Shown: piece by piece, positions 53,341 to 64,000 of the stretch
Position numbering within the stretch: the first letter of the stretch is position 1
How the letters are laid out: every line of letters begins with the position of its first letter
Source: Anaeramoeba ignava BMAN
Lineage: Eukaryota; Protista; Anaeramoebae
Assembly (NCBI GenBank): GCA_028826165.1
Contig: JAPDFW010000112.1
Location: forward strand, 62,001-126,000
Length of the DNA: 64,000 bases
Direction of reading: 5' to 3'
The notes under the pieces: model-generated
The model's input: only the letters and a program-made list of their open reading frames with translations
Told to the model about the DNA's origin: nothing
Database searches by the model: none
Position numbers and translations under genes: made by a program

Positions 53341-53592
53341 TTTTTGTTTTTGTTGTTTTTATTTTTGTTTTTGTTGTTTTTATTTTTGTTTTTGTTGTTT
53401 TTATTTTTGTTTTAATAAAAAAAAAAATAATTAAAAAATAATTGAAAAAAATGAAAAAAAAAAAAGGAAAAAAAAAATTTATAAATTCTCCTTTTTTTTT
53501 TCAATTAAAATCTTTTAATTTTTCTTTTTAAATTTTTCATTTTTTTTTTTTTGCTTTTTTTTTCATTTTTTGTTTTTATCATTTTTATAAAA
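53341..53592. promoter_or_regulatory. Bidirectional promoter (Akt / EPG5)
   Basis: 252 bp between divergent ATGs; TGA(A)n near 53452 and TCA(T)n at 53537-53570; A/C-rich repeated leader before the Akt ATG. Confidence 0.6.
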
Positions 53593-56500
53593 ATGAATAA
53601 TATTAATCAATATCAAAAATTAAATAATGAATTATTACAACTCAAAAAAGAATTACAAAATCAATTACAAAATCTTCCACAAACTGATCCAAAACTTAAA
53701 AAATTAGTTATTAATTTCTGTCAATTAACACTTAATCAAAAACAAATCCAACAAAAAATAACCAACTTCAAAAAACAAATTTCCAAACTTACAACATCGT
53801 TTTGGAGAGTTGAGAAAATTATAAAGGAAGATATAATTTATTACAAAGTTAAAATTGATACAGAAATTGCACTGAATTCAAAATTCGAAAATTTAAGAAA
53901 AATATTCCATAATGAATTATTCAAAACTTTTTCAGAAAAGAAAATTATCCAGATCAAAACCCAATTATTAATCACAAACATTCTGAGAGATTTCATGGAG
54001 ATGATGCAAAAAAACCAGCAAATATTAAAACAAACCCAGCTCTTAAAAAACACCATTTCTGATCTTGTTTTAATTCAAACTAAATATGTGGTTAAAATTT
54101 TCACGAGAATTATCAATAAAGGATCAAGAAATACTAAACAAGAGCAAGCAAGACATCCTCTGCTCAACGAGATCCCTTTGGATAATGAGCAGCTCAATGG
54201 CTTTATTGAAGATGGGTTTGTTTTTTGGCCTGAAAAAAAGAAATTTGAAAATGGAAATCAAAATGAAATAATTTCAATTTATGATGAAAATTTTAGAAAT
54301 AGTGGATATTTTATTGATATTATTCAACCTCTCGAGAGCTGGATAAAATCCCTTGCATTGTGTCTTGCAAGCACAAGCACAATTGAGAATTTATATTTCT
54401 TGTTCATTTCTTTATTAAATTGCCCAGGATGCGGGCTTTGGATTAAGGATATTATTCCCACAAAATTTACATGGAATTTCGAAAATGCTAATTATTTTAG
54501 TGTCATTTTGGACGATATTTCGCATCTATTTGATTTGAAAGTGGAATCCATCAACAAGAATTTTAGAAAATCGGAGAAAAAAATCCCCATTTTGTCTCCT
54601 TTTAAAAAAGACAACTACTTTCTATCTCCAAAACACACAAGCGATTCCCATCACGCATTCATGCTCAATTCTTTTGAAAAGGATTTCGGGCTGTTTTTGA
54701 TAAGTTTGCCTCTGATGGACTTCCTCAATTTTATTTGCTCTCCCAGTTTCAAATCCAATCAAGACTCCGATTCAAATCTGGATGAATACTTCGATTTTAT
54801 CCGCATTTCTTCGTATTTTTCAAAGATTTTATCTTTGCTATCTCGCTGCCTTTCAAGCAACAAGGACAACTTAGTCATTTCATATATTGGCGGCATAATT
54901 TGTGTCATCGGCTATAATTTGGACAAAATGATGTTCAATTTGGAAAATCATTCCAAAAATCCACAAAACGCAGATGACTATTATCAGTACCAGATCCAGT
55001 TCCAGTCCATTTTCGATGATCTGATGCTGGATATATTTGGGATTTGCATTAATTACACCAAAAAGTTATGGAAACACTTGAAAAATTTGCAATACAGATT
55101 CTTATCTGAAAAAACTCTCTGGAAAATTCTCTATTTGATTTTCACTTATAGCGAAAAAACCCAAAAACAAAAATACTCGTCTCAACATGTAGACATCTCT
55201 TCGCTGGGAGACTGGGAAAGATTCATCTTCAAAGATCTCAAAAAAAAGCATTTCCTTGTCACACCCCAAAAAGTGGAATACGAAGAAAATCTTGTTTCTT
55301 TGCAATTCACGCCCGTAAGAAACAACTTCCATCAAAACATCAGGTTTCAAAAGGAATCGCATTTGATTTATGCGCTTGAAAAAATCGCCTCTTCTGGTCA
55401 TCCCGAAGTCTCCAAATGCATTTTCTTGGAGTTTTTCATTATCGGATATTTTTCGGGTGAAAATCTCAACTTTAAAGGATTGATTTTCCAGGAAACAGAG
55501 AAAATCATCGCAGAAATCTTTGTTCAATACCCTTCTTTTTTCTCAATATTGATCCATTTATGGAATCGCTATCACTCGCAAATTGAGAAAAAGAAGGCAA
55601 TTTCCTTTTATAAATTCCCAATTCAATCATGGAAACCCACTCAAAACGATTTTGAAATTTTGGAAAGTTGGTTATGCGAGAGCCAGGACGATGAACTCGC
55701 CAAAATTGCGCGATTTGTTATGGAAAATTTAAATTGGGGAATTGATGAGGGATCAAACGATATGGATAGTGAGAAAAAATCAAGAAAAGAAAACAAAAGA
55801 TCTCTATTTATTGACCCAAAATTGCACCAGAAATGCCTAATTATTATCACCAAATATTGGATCAATCTCAAAACAGCAACAAAAGAACCCAATCAACAAC
55901 TCATGGAATGGTGCTGGAAAATTGCATATAAAATCTCCGTCTTCTCTGAGCTTGGAGAGTTGAGAGTTCCCCAATTTTCACTTGCTCAAGAAAACAAAGA
56001 AATCAATCAAGAAATCGATTTCCTTCTTTCATACATAAAATTATCGAAACATTTGGACGAATTTATTTGTTATTCCACTTGCTTCCTTACTGACATTCTC
56101 ACAGACACGTCTCCACAAAGCAAAACTCTCAATTTAAAATTGCGCACAAATATCCTCTCTCTGTTAAACACTCCCTCATCCTTTTTTAGCTTCAATCAAA
56201 TTCTCTTCCATCAAATTCCGTTGATCATTAATTCCTACATTTCAACCGAAAAAACAAACCAAGACACTTCCAAAAAACAATACGATTCAAGCCCCCATTT
56301 TACTGGGAACACACCATCTCTTTCCTATTCTGCGCACGCCGCGCATTTCATTTCTGAATATCTATCGCTCATGCAGTTTGTCAAAAAGGGATCCAAAGAG
56401 TATGCTGCGGTTCCGTTAGAAAGGGGAATCAAAATGGATCCATCTTTAGCCAAAAAAATACCTCCTTATAAACTTCTTTTGAACACTGCAGTATCAATGA

Positions 56501-59500
56501 TCGCGCACAGGATCAATTACTCCAAATCATCCCAAACAAAGCAGACACCAAACCAAAAGAAACCCAACAAAACAAAGGAATATGAACTGAAAAGTCCCGA
56601 ATCAATGCTTGCTTTTTGGATCCAATTTTACTCTCTTTTCAACGAGTGGTGGAATATTGACCGCATCAGAGAATCGTTCAACGCTCTGTTCCAAATTGCC
56701 TTTATATTTGGGCTTAGATCTGTTGTTCGAGACTTCCTCATCGCGCAATTCTTGCCAAATCAACTCAATCGCAAAAAATCAGATCTTGCAATGGTTCTGA
56801 ATGTAAATTACCAGATCGAGAAAACAAATTATGATATCTCCATTTTTGATTACGATTCCTTTTTCGATTTCAAAAAAACACCCGCGAACCTGAAAAAGGA
56901 TTTGATCAACAATTACCCCTTTTTCTTGTTTGAATTCATCCAAGTCGAAACAGAAAAGGAATCCGAAATTCGCCAGTTAATTGGGCAAATTTTGCTCAAT
57001 CCAAAAAACGACATGTCCAAAATAAGAAAAGAAAAGAAAATCATCAAACATTTAAATTGCATTTCATGGTGGGTTGAATTTGCTGTTAAATCATCACCCA
57101 AAAACAATCCTCTACTGCCCTTGATCTGGCGGAATGTTTTCCAGCTTTATTGCTCATTTCTCAATACCCGTAATTATTCTGGAAACAAGCAATTCCAGGA
57201 CTTGTGGTTTGGCCACAAGATTTTCGAACTCGCATTTAACCAAAATGAGTTTCGGAAAGTGCTCAAAGAATCACTTGAGAATTTTGTTGCAGAATTAATA
57301 GAAAACTCTGAACAAAATCCCGATTTGTTGGGTTTGCTTTCTTCAATGATGTTTTTTTTAGCCGAGGATTCCAAAACAATCAAAATTACCTCTTTTATTG
57401 CAAAATATTCTCAATTCCAACTCATTTTTGACGAAGAATCTCAATCATTTGGAGCCAAAACAACACCAATAACAAACCAAATTGAGCACAATCGCCAGAT
57501 GTTTTGGCTCAACGCCGTTTCTAAGCAATCCTTATTCACAAAATTTATTCCTTTTATTTCACTGTATTGTTATTCTGATCCCAAAAAAATCGAGCGTTTG
57601 CAGCTATTCATTTCTTCAAAACAAGAAGGCAACCAAACAAACGCTCCAAAAAATGAAACCAACCAAAAAACACCATCAAAACAGAATCTCCGTCTTGAAC
57701 CCAAAAATGTTCCCAATAGTCCATCATTTATGCAAAACCCCAAATTAAAAAAGATCATTGAAAAATCCATCTTGATCAGCGATCTCTTTTCATTTAACAA
57801 AAGCAACTATTTCGATTTGCAAACACCGATAAATTTCCATCTGAAGAAAATCAAAGAATCATCCTTCATTTTCTACAACAAATGGAAAAATCTATATCAA
57901 AAAGATTTGGAGTTTCTGAATTTACTACCAAAGTTGTTTCAAAACATTCCTTTTAAGAAAATGAAGAAATTTCGGGAAAAAAGTATGAATAATCTCACTA
58001 TTGAAGGAGCACCAACTCACCATCTCGCCTTCAACAATAGCATGCCAAATCCCATTCATCACAGCTATAGTATAAATCCAACTTCGAGCTACATGGAGTA
58101 CATAAATCAGGATAATCCGAAAGTTTTCGTTCAAAATCACATCTCGATAAATACAAGAATTTTATCCTTAATTTCCAAAAATAGAAAATATGCCCAAGAG
58201 TTGTTCGATATTTTCGAGAAAAGCGAGCCGATTATCACAGAAAAACTCGTCTATTCCATTTTCTTTATTAAAATTTTCGTGAAGAAAATCCTCCCAAAAA
58301 CTCCAATTCCACAAATTAATTCCCCAAATTTCGCGAAGGAAAACGAGAAAAAAGACGATGATCATAACGACAAAGACACAATATTCCAGCATCCTTCTCA
58401 ATTCCAAAAAGAAGAGCTGCAAATCTGGCTCGATCGGTTCCTTCAATTTCAATCTAAGGAAATTGTTTTTTTCCCGCCTTCTTTCCAGCTTTTTACTCAA
58501 ATTTTCCGCAAAATATTCAATATTATCGGGACTGATCCGCGTTTAATTTTCAGCAAAATCAGCAAATATCCTTTATCATGTCCCTTTATCCTCTCATATT
58601 TCCATCCCGAAAGTGATCCAAAAACATTTCCTGATTTATACGCAGAATTTTTCCATCTTTATTTACTCGAGAAAACCAAATCAAATGTGTCCATTTTTAA
58701 CTCGGTGTTGAACAAATTCGATTTTGATTCTTGGATTTCGCAAAATATCAAATCACCGAAAACAGATCTCATCAACCTGTTTAAAAAGCTCCTATTTGCT
58801 TACCAAAGCGCTCTGAAAAAACAATCCCACGTCGCCTTTGAGCATCTTTCCAATTCAATTGAAAAATTAATTGAAATTATTCCCGAAGAGAAGTTTGTGG
58901 ATCTTTTCCAACTTATTCTTGAGAAAACCCTCGAGAACATTGTTGATCACAAAATTTGGGATTTTGTTGATAATTTTATCAGTTTGAATAAATCAGCCCA
59001 AATTCTCGTTTCGGTATCTCAAGTTTTTAGTACAAAAACATCTGAATTTTTCCAAAAAGAGCAAATGAAATGGAAAAAATCTTTTTCATATCCCTTGAAC
59101 TTGAATGTTTACTTTAAAAAATTCGAGCAATTCCTGCAGATTTTGCTGAACGGATTTGCTTCACAATTTCAATCAGAATCCATTACTTTCCAGGAACTAC
59201 TTGATTATTTGTGGCTGATTTACAAACCTTTTTTAATTGACGCAACAAAAAATGAAAAAGTTCTCAGAAAGAAAAGTCGAAACTTTAATCCAAAAGAAAA
59301 AGAAGAAGAAGAAGAGGAACAAATATTTTCCTCGTTTTTTGCACATTTTTCTGATTTCAAAATTAAAGATCCAATGCTTGCCTGTTCGCATATCTTGGGG
59401 AAGTTTCTTTGTTCGGTTTCCAGCGAAAATGTGTTTTCCAAGTTATTTGTAAAGAAATTTATCAGCAATATTCTCGTTCCCAATTTGGAAATTAGCAAAG

Positions 59501-61146
59501 AACTACTTGTCGATATTTTGCAAGTTTTCAGTTTTTTGCAAATGAATCTTTTGCAGCCCATCTTCAAATTGGTTGATTGGGAAAATTTCCAAAAAGAGTA
59601 CTCAAGTTCTCAAAAAGACATCGAAGTGGTTCTTTTCAATTCGCTTCTTAATTTAATGATGAGAAAAGAGAAATCAAGATTGAGCCACAAAATGAAGAAG
59701 CAGTTCCAGCTCTTTATTTCGCAAATAATATCCGTTTTGGATTGGCAATCCGTTGATTCTTCAACTTATTCACAAGCTCTACAAAGAGTTGATTTGGATC
59801 AACAGACTATCCTCAGCAGCTTCAATAAGTTTGACATCATTTTGATTGGCAAAACTATCAACCACGAAAATCTTGAATTACTTCCTTTAATTTTTCAGTT
59901 GTTCATTTCTGTTGGAAATTTTGAAAAGCAAAAAAATTCTCACAATTTGGAACTGTATTTGCAAAAAGCCATTTCCTATTTTGAGAAAGTGTTCACAAGC
60001 AAAGAAAAACAGGATCTTGTTGTTGAAATGAAAAGAAACGCGAATTTTTATTACCAAAACTTGCTGTTAATCGAAAAAAACCAGCATTTATTCAAAATTG
60101 AGAAGCAAAATGAAACGAAAATTGTCGAAATTCTCAAATTCGCATTTGGAATCGTAAATGATTTTTCAAGCCAGTATTTGGTGCCTTATATTCTCAAATT
60201 TATCCAACAATCCCCATCATTAATCCCTTACTTTTTCCAGAGCACATGCCAAATGGAAATGGACCAAATAATCACTGGAGCATTATTCGAAACAGCTATT
60301 GAGACCTTTTTTGCACAAAAGGAAACTACAGTTGGAAATTTGGTTGAAATTCTCCATTTCTCAGGATTTGAGAAGTTTCTTGAACAGACAGAATTTTTGG
60401 ACTGCTGTTGTATTTATGGATATATTTTCACGCTTTGTTTCATGCTTGTTTTCCAGTATAAATTCGAAAATGCAGAAAATCAAAAATCACTCAATCACCT
60501 CGAAAATCAAATCACAACATCGCTCAATTTCATGACACCACAACCGAATGAGGAATTCAAAGTGATATTGATTGTGGATTTCTGGTTGAATTATGTTCGA
60601 AATTCACCCAGATTTGGAAATGATATTTTTTCACAAAAACAAGAACAAACAACAACAAATATGATTAGAAAATTAACTGAAATAAACGATCCTTCTCGGA
60701 TCCAGTCGTTATCAACTTTCCAGCATCCTTTTTCACAAAATGAAACCAAGGAAAGTAACGAAAAAGACTCAAGAGAAGAAGCTAGATTTGCCTTATTTTT
60801 GTTGATCCACTTTTTTGATTCCAGTTTGAAAATTTCGCGTCAATTTAGAAAAATTTCTCCCAATTTTTTCCAGTTTCAAGCTGGTTTATTACAAGATGTT
60901 GAGTCAACAAATCAATTCCAAATTTCAGCTCAAAATTTTCTTCAAAAAGTTAAACAAAATCAAACTCATTTATTGTTTCAAGAAACTGTTATCCAAATTT
61001 TTTCTGTTTTCTTAAAATTTAATGGAATTTCAAGTTTAATTGATTTAATTTCTTTGATTTCAAATAATCTTATTAACAAATTATTTGAAAGATTTTGGGA
61101 TTTAGTTTCTCAAATTCGGGAAATTTTTTATCAAAAGAAAAAATAA
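53593..61146 (+). CDS. EPG5: EPG5-like autophagosome-lysosome tethering factor (about 2,517 aa, intronless)
   Basis: First ATG 53593. Size fits, and recalled EPG5 motifs are present: P...W.P...D...L..WL......LAKIARFVMENLNWG and PLLPLIW..F.LY. Confidence 0.72.
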   Translation: MNNINQYQKLNNELLQLKKELQNQLQNLPQTDPKLKKLVINFCQLTLNQKQIQQKITNFKKQISKLTTSFWRVEKIIKEDIIYYKVKIDTEIALNSKFENLRKIFHNELFKTFSEKKIIQIKTQLLITNILRDFMEMMQKNQQILKQTQLLKNTISDLVLIQTKYVVKIFTRIINKGSRNTKQEQARHPLLNEIPLDNEQLNGFIEDGFVFWPEKKKFENGNQNEIISIYDENFRNSGYFIDIIQPLESWIKSLALCLASTSTIENLYFLFISLLNCPGCGLWIKDIIPTKFTWNFENANYFSVILDDISHLFDLKVESINKNFRKSEKKIPILSPFKKDNYFLSPKHTSDSHHAFMLNSFEKDFGLFLISLPLMDFLNFICSPSFKSNQDSDSNLDEYFDFIRISSYFSKILSLLSRCLSSNKDNLVISYIGGIICVIGYNLDKMMFNLENHSKNPQNADDYYQYQIQFQSIFDDLMLDIFGICINYTKKLWKHLKNLQYRFLSEKTLWKILYLIFTYSEKTQKQKYSSQHVDISSLGDWERFIFKDLKKKHFLVTPQKVEYEENLVSLQFTPVRNNFHQNIRFQKESHLIYALEKIASSGHPEVSKCIFLEFFIIGYFSGENLNFKGLIFQETEKIIAEIFVQYPSFFSILIHLWNRYHSQIEKKKAISFYKFPIQSWKPTQNDFEILESWLCESQDDELAKIARFVMENLNWGIDEGSNDMDSEKKSRKENKRSLFIDPKLHQKCLIIITKYWINLKTATKEPNQQLMEWCWKIAYKISVFSELGELRVPQFSLAQENKEINQEIDFLLSYIKLSKHLDEFICYSTCFLTDILTDTSPQSKTLNLKLRTNILSLLNTPSSFFSFNQILFHQIPLIINSYISTEKTNQDTSKKQYDSSPHFTGNTPSLSYSAHAAHFISEYLSLMQFVKKGSKEYAAVPLERGIKMDPSLAKKIPPYKLLLNTAVSMIAHRINYSKSSQTKQTPNQKKPNKTKEYELKSPESMLAFWIQFYSLFNEWWNIDRIRESFNALFQIAFIFGLRSVVRDFLIAQFLPNQLNRKKSDLAMVLNVNYQIEKTNYDISIFDYDSFFDFKKTPANLKKDLINNYPFFLFEFIQVETEKESEIRQLIGQILLNPKNDMSKIRKEKKIIKHLNCISWWVEFAVKSSPKNNPLLPLIWRNVFQLYCSFLNTRNYSGNKQFQDLWFGHKIFELAFNQNEFRKVLKESLENFVAELIENSEQNPDLLGLLSSMMFFLAEDSKTIKITSFIAKYSQFQLIFDEESQSFGAKTTPITNQIEHNRQMFWLNAVSKQSLFTKFIPFISLYCYSDPKKIERLQLFISSKQEGNQTNAPKNETNQKTPSKQNLRLEPKNVPNSPSFMQNPKLKKIIEKSILISDLFSFNKSNYFDLQTPINFHLKKIKESSFIFYNKWKNLYQKDLEFLNLLPKLFQNIPFKKMKKFREKSMNNLTIEGAPTHHLAFNNSMPNPIHHSYSINPTSSYMEYINQDNPKVFVQNHISINTRILSLISKNRKYAQELFDIFEKSEPIITEKLVYSIFFIKIFVKKILPKTPIPQINSPNFAKENEKKDDDHNDKDTIFQHPSQFQKEELQIWLDRFLQFQSKEIVFFPPSFQLFTQIFRKIFNIIGTDPRLIFSKISKYPLSCPFILSYFHPESDPKTFPDLYAEFFHLYLLEKTKSNVSIFNSVLNKFDFDSWISQNIKSPKTDLINLFKKLLFAYQSALKKQSHVAFEHLSNSIEKLIEIIPEEKFVDLFQLILEKTLENIVDHKIWDFVDNFISLNKSAQILVSVSQVFSTKTSEFFQKEQMKWKKSFSYPLNLNVYFKKFEQFLQILLNGFASQFQSESITFQELLDYLWLIYKPFLIDATKNEKVLRKKSRNFNPKEKEEEEEEQIFSSFFAHFSDFKIKDPMLACSHILGKFLCSVSSENVFSKLFVKKFISNILVPNLEISKELLVDILQVFSFLQMNLLQPIFKLVDWENFQKEYSSSQKDIEVVLFNSLLNLMMRKEKSRLSHKMKKQFQLFISQIISVLDWQSVDSSTYSQALQRVDLDQQTILSSFNKFDIILIGKTINHENLELLPLIFQLFISVGNFEKQKNSHNLELYLQKAISYFEKVFTSKEKQDLVVEMKRNANFYYQNLLLIEKNQHLFKIEKQNETKIVEILKFAFGIVNDFSSQYLVPYILKFIQQSPSLIPYFFQSTCQMEMDQIITGALFETAIETFFAQKETTVGNLVEILHFSGFEKFLEQTEFLDCCCIYGYIFTLCFMLVFQYKFENAENQKSLNHLENQITTSLNFMTPQPNEEFKVILIVDFWLNYVRNSPRFGNDIFSQKQEQTTTNMIRKLTEINDPSRIQSLSTFQHPFSQNETKESNEKDSREEARFALFLLIHFFDSSLKISRQFRKISPNFFQFQAGLLQDVESTNQFQISAQNFLQKVKQNQTHLLFQETVIQIFSVFLKFNGISSLIDLISLISNNLINKLFERFWDLVSQIREIFYQKKK

Positions 61147-61290
61147 ATTAAAAAAAATAAATTAAAAAAAATAAATTAAAAAAATAAATTAAAAAAAAAT
61201 AAATTAAAATAAAAAGCAAAAAGAATTATAAAAAAAAGTTTTTTTTTTTCCTTTTTTTCTTTTTCATTTTTTTTTTTTCAATTTTTTAAA

Positions 61291-64000
61291 ATGAGTTCAA
61301 GAAAACAACAAAAAAAAAAAAAGAAAAAGAACAAAAACAAAACAAAAGCCAAAACAAAAGCACAAACACAAACACAAACACAAACAAAATGAAAAAGATA
61401 AAGAAAAAGATAATGAAAAAGATAATAAAAAAGGAAAAGAAAAAGAAGAACAAAAAGAAAAGAAAAAGAAAAAGAAGAACAAAAAGAAAAAGAAAAAAAA
61501 CAAAAGCCAAAACATAAACACAAACACAAACACAAACACAAACAAAATGATAAACAAAATGAAAATGAAAAAGATAATGAAAAACAAAAAGAAAAAGAAA
61601 AAGATAAACAAAAAGATAAAGATAATGAAAAAGAAAAACAAAAAGAAAAACAAAAAGAAAAAGAAAAATGAAAACAAAAAGGAAAACATAGACATACACA
61701 TACACATACACATATAAAAAAAGAAAATGGAAATAAAAATAAAGAAAATAAAAATGAAGAAAATGGAAATGAAAATGGAAAGAAATGAAGAAAATGGAAA
61801 TGAAAATGGAAATGAAAATGGAAATGAAAATGGAAATGAAAAAAATCAAAATGATATAAAAAAAGAAACAACCTTGAAACAACTTATGGAACTTATCAAA
61901 AAAAACTTTGAAATTAGAAACAAAATACACAAATTTACAATCTCTTCACCACAAAACGAACCCAAATACAAAGACCAAAAAGATATCGAAGAAGTACTAA
62001 AAACAATCAAGCCAGAAGAAATTGAAAATCAACTTCAAGAAGAAAATCAATCACTTCAAACAAGATTAGATCCTTTGGAAGTCAGAAATTTACTGGAAAA
62101 TAAACTCAAAGAACAAATCAAAGAAAAAGAAGAAGAAACAAACAGAATTTATGAGAAAATAAAGCAAATTTCCTCCAATAATCCTGAACAAGAAATCTCA
62201 AAACCATCAACTCAAACAAATTATCGTTTGGTTGGTTTCAATGATTTCAGAAATATTCTCGAAAATGCAATTTCCACAAATGATCGTTATAAAAAGAATC
62301 TTCAGGATCTTCTTGACGATGAATATATTCATTCAACCTGTAACATAGACTCTTTCCATCCCGCTTTTGAAAATATTTGGAATTTATACCGTATTTTGCT
62401 TGTTGAAGAATCATTTGAATTTCAATCAAATGAGAAAATTGTTCTTGAAAAAGACCAAATTTTTGCTCTTTTCAAAGGTGAGAATCTGACGAAATTCTGT
62501 GGTGATTCAGAAATGCAAGACATCGATTTTGACAAACTGAATAAGCAAAAGAAAATTTATCCCATTGGAATTTATGGAGAAAAAAACTCAATCATAAATT
62601 TTATGAAAAAATTATTTTCTAGTTTTGCAAAAAAAATCCCAGAAATCCAAAACAATTTGAAACCAGGATTGTATCTATGGGCCAACAGAACCTCTCAAAA
62701 TACCAAGTTCAATCACACACTCTTTTTATGGCCAGGAAACTACGATATTTTGGGTCAAAACTCGAAAAGCTCCATTTTGACTATTCTTTTACGGCTTTTG
62801 CACGAGATTTGTGTTGAAGTTTTGTTGGTTTTTGATGACGACAAATATAGCAAAGAAATCCCCAATGAAAATAGTGATGAAATGAGTGAACCTGTTTTTG
62901 ATCCACAATTCTATCACCATTTGAATGAAAGTTTACTTAACAGTTTCCAATTTGTGGGGAATTCCCAAGAGATTCAATTTAAAATTGAAGAGGGTTTTCC
63001 AACACACATGCTCACATCCTCATTTACTCAAATAATAACCGAAAAAGACGGCAACAAAAAAAAGGATATCAATTGCCGCTTTGCAAACGGTCCGTTCCGA
63101 AAAATCATTCTTTTTTCTCAGGTCGTTCATTCCCATCCTGAGAATGATGAAACTCTTTCTTTTAAAGAATCCGAAATTGAGGATTTCTACCAAATACTTG
63201 TCAGCACTAGTCTCCGATTCGAAGATTTGAGCAAAAATCAAATCATTGATTTCATCAAGCAATTTGAAATTTGGAGTAAAAATGATTGGGAAGATGAAGA
63301 AATGGAAAATAAGATCAGGAGTTTTTACTTTTCCTTAAAAGATTTAAGCACAAGAATTAACGAATCTTCTGATCAAGATTTCTTCGTCAAATCCCTCAAT
63401 AAAATTTTCACAATCCAAAACGCCAATTTCGAAGCAAGAGTTAAAAAATTTGAAAAATATACTACCAAGAATTTCAGAGCAAAATTTATCGATTTCCAAT
63501 TTAATAAAAAGGAAATTTCTGATGAAATTATCAAGTACCAAACTTACCACATTTCTCTTCCCAAAAGAAGCTCAACCAAAATCAACGCGATGCAGGAAGA
63601 CATCGACTCGAGGATTATCAAACATCCCGCTGGATTTGGATGAAGATAAAAAATGGTCAACTTGTAAATTTGATCAAAAAATCACTGAGCTTTATATTTT
63701 CTTAGAGGGTGATGCTCTTAAAATTGCGGAAAGTGGTTCAGATGAGGAAATTATCACGTCCATTTATTACATAGATTCAAATGAAAACTTGAATAGCATA
63801 AAAAGGAGCATTTATTCAACAACGGGAAAGATTTATTCTGTTTCAGTTGATGAAAATCTTGGAATTTGTGTTTTTTATCATATTGTTCCAATCGAACTCG
63901 AACTCGAACTCGAACTCGAACTCGAAAGCGAAAGTGAGGATATGGATGACGATAATAACAAAAATAACGAAGCAGACCAAGAATATATCCACGAGTTGGT
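61291..64000 (+). CDS. Large uncharacterised protein, N-terminal part; runs off the window; frameshifted in 5' low-complexity tract and near 63640
   Basis: ATG 61291 after a TCA(T)n motif; K/E/H repeat region, then the 638-aa ORF 61727-63643. Coding-like composition continues to 64000. The IGIYGEK..I..F / LKPGLY / LFLWP / LLRLLHEIC pattern recalls large fungal/protist GTPase-vWA proteins (from memory, unverified). Confidence 0.55.

Overview
Very AT-rich, gene-dense eukaryotic (protist) genomic DNA read with the standard genetic code. There is no sign of prokaryotic operons, CRISPR arrays, rRNA/tRNA genes or transposases. I reconstructed 22 protein-coding genes, two of them truncated by the window ends, with 27 GT-AG introns whose phases I checked by hand. 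The genes are RanBP9/10, a soluble diflavin reductase, a divergent actin, ankyrin-BTB, Nse4, RNFT1, two BTB-TLDc paralogs, a CBM48-like repeat protein, a double-PSI membrane protein, WDR3/Utp12, a GT34 glycosyltransferase, two tandem small membrane proteins, GDP-mannose 3',5'-epimerase, a Wee1/Myt1 kinase, dynein light intermediate chain, a GRIP golgin, CNOT10, Akt/PKB, EPG5 and the start of a large uncharacterised protein. Expanded BTB families, N/Q-rich low-complexity tracts and composition suggest an Anaeramoeba-like metamonad; this is inference only. The most notable signals are architectural. (1) Oriented, often tandem TCA(T)n initiator-like motifs precede almost every gene. (2) Splice sites are reduced: GTA donors lack G+5, about half the acceptors are AAG, and many have A-rich 3' tracts. 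(3) Introns are inflated by simple repeats that share an interruption motif across unrelated genes. (4) Synonymous codons show 5'-A / middle-GC / 3'-T polarity along coding blocks. (5) Intergenic tandem duplications have 145-190 bp units. Frameshifts cluster in homopolymers of multi-copy genes and are probably assembly errors. Many short ORFs in the supplied track are artefacts of repeats.
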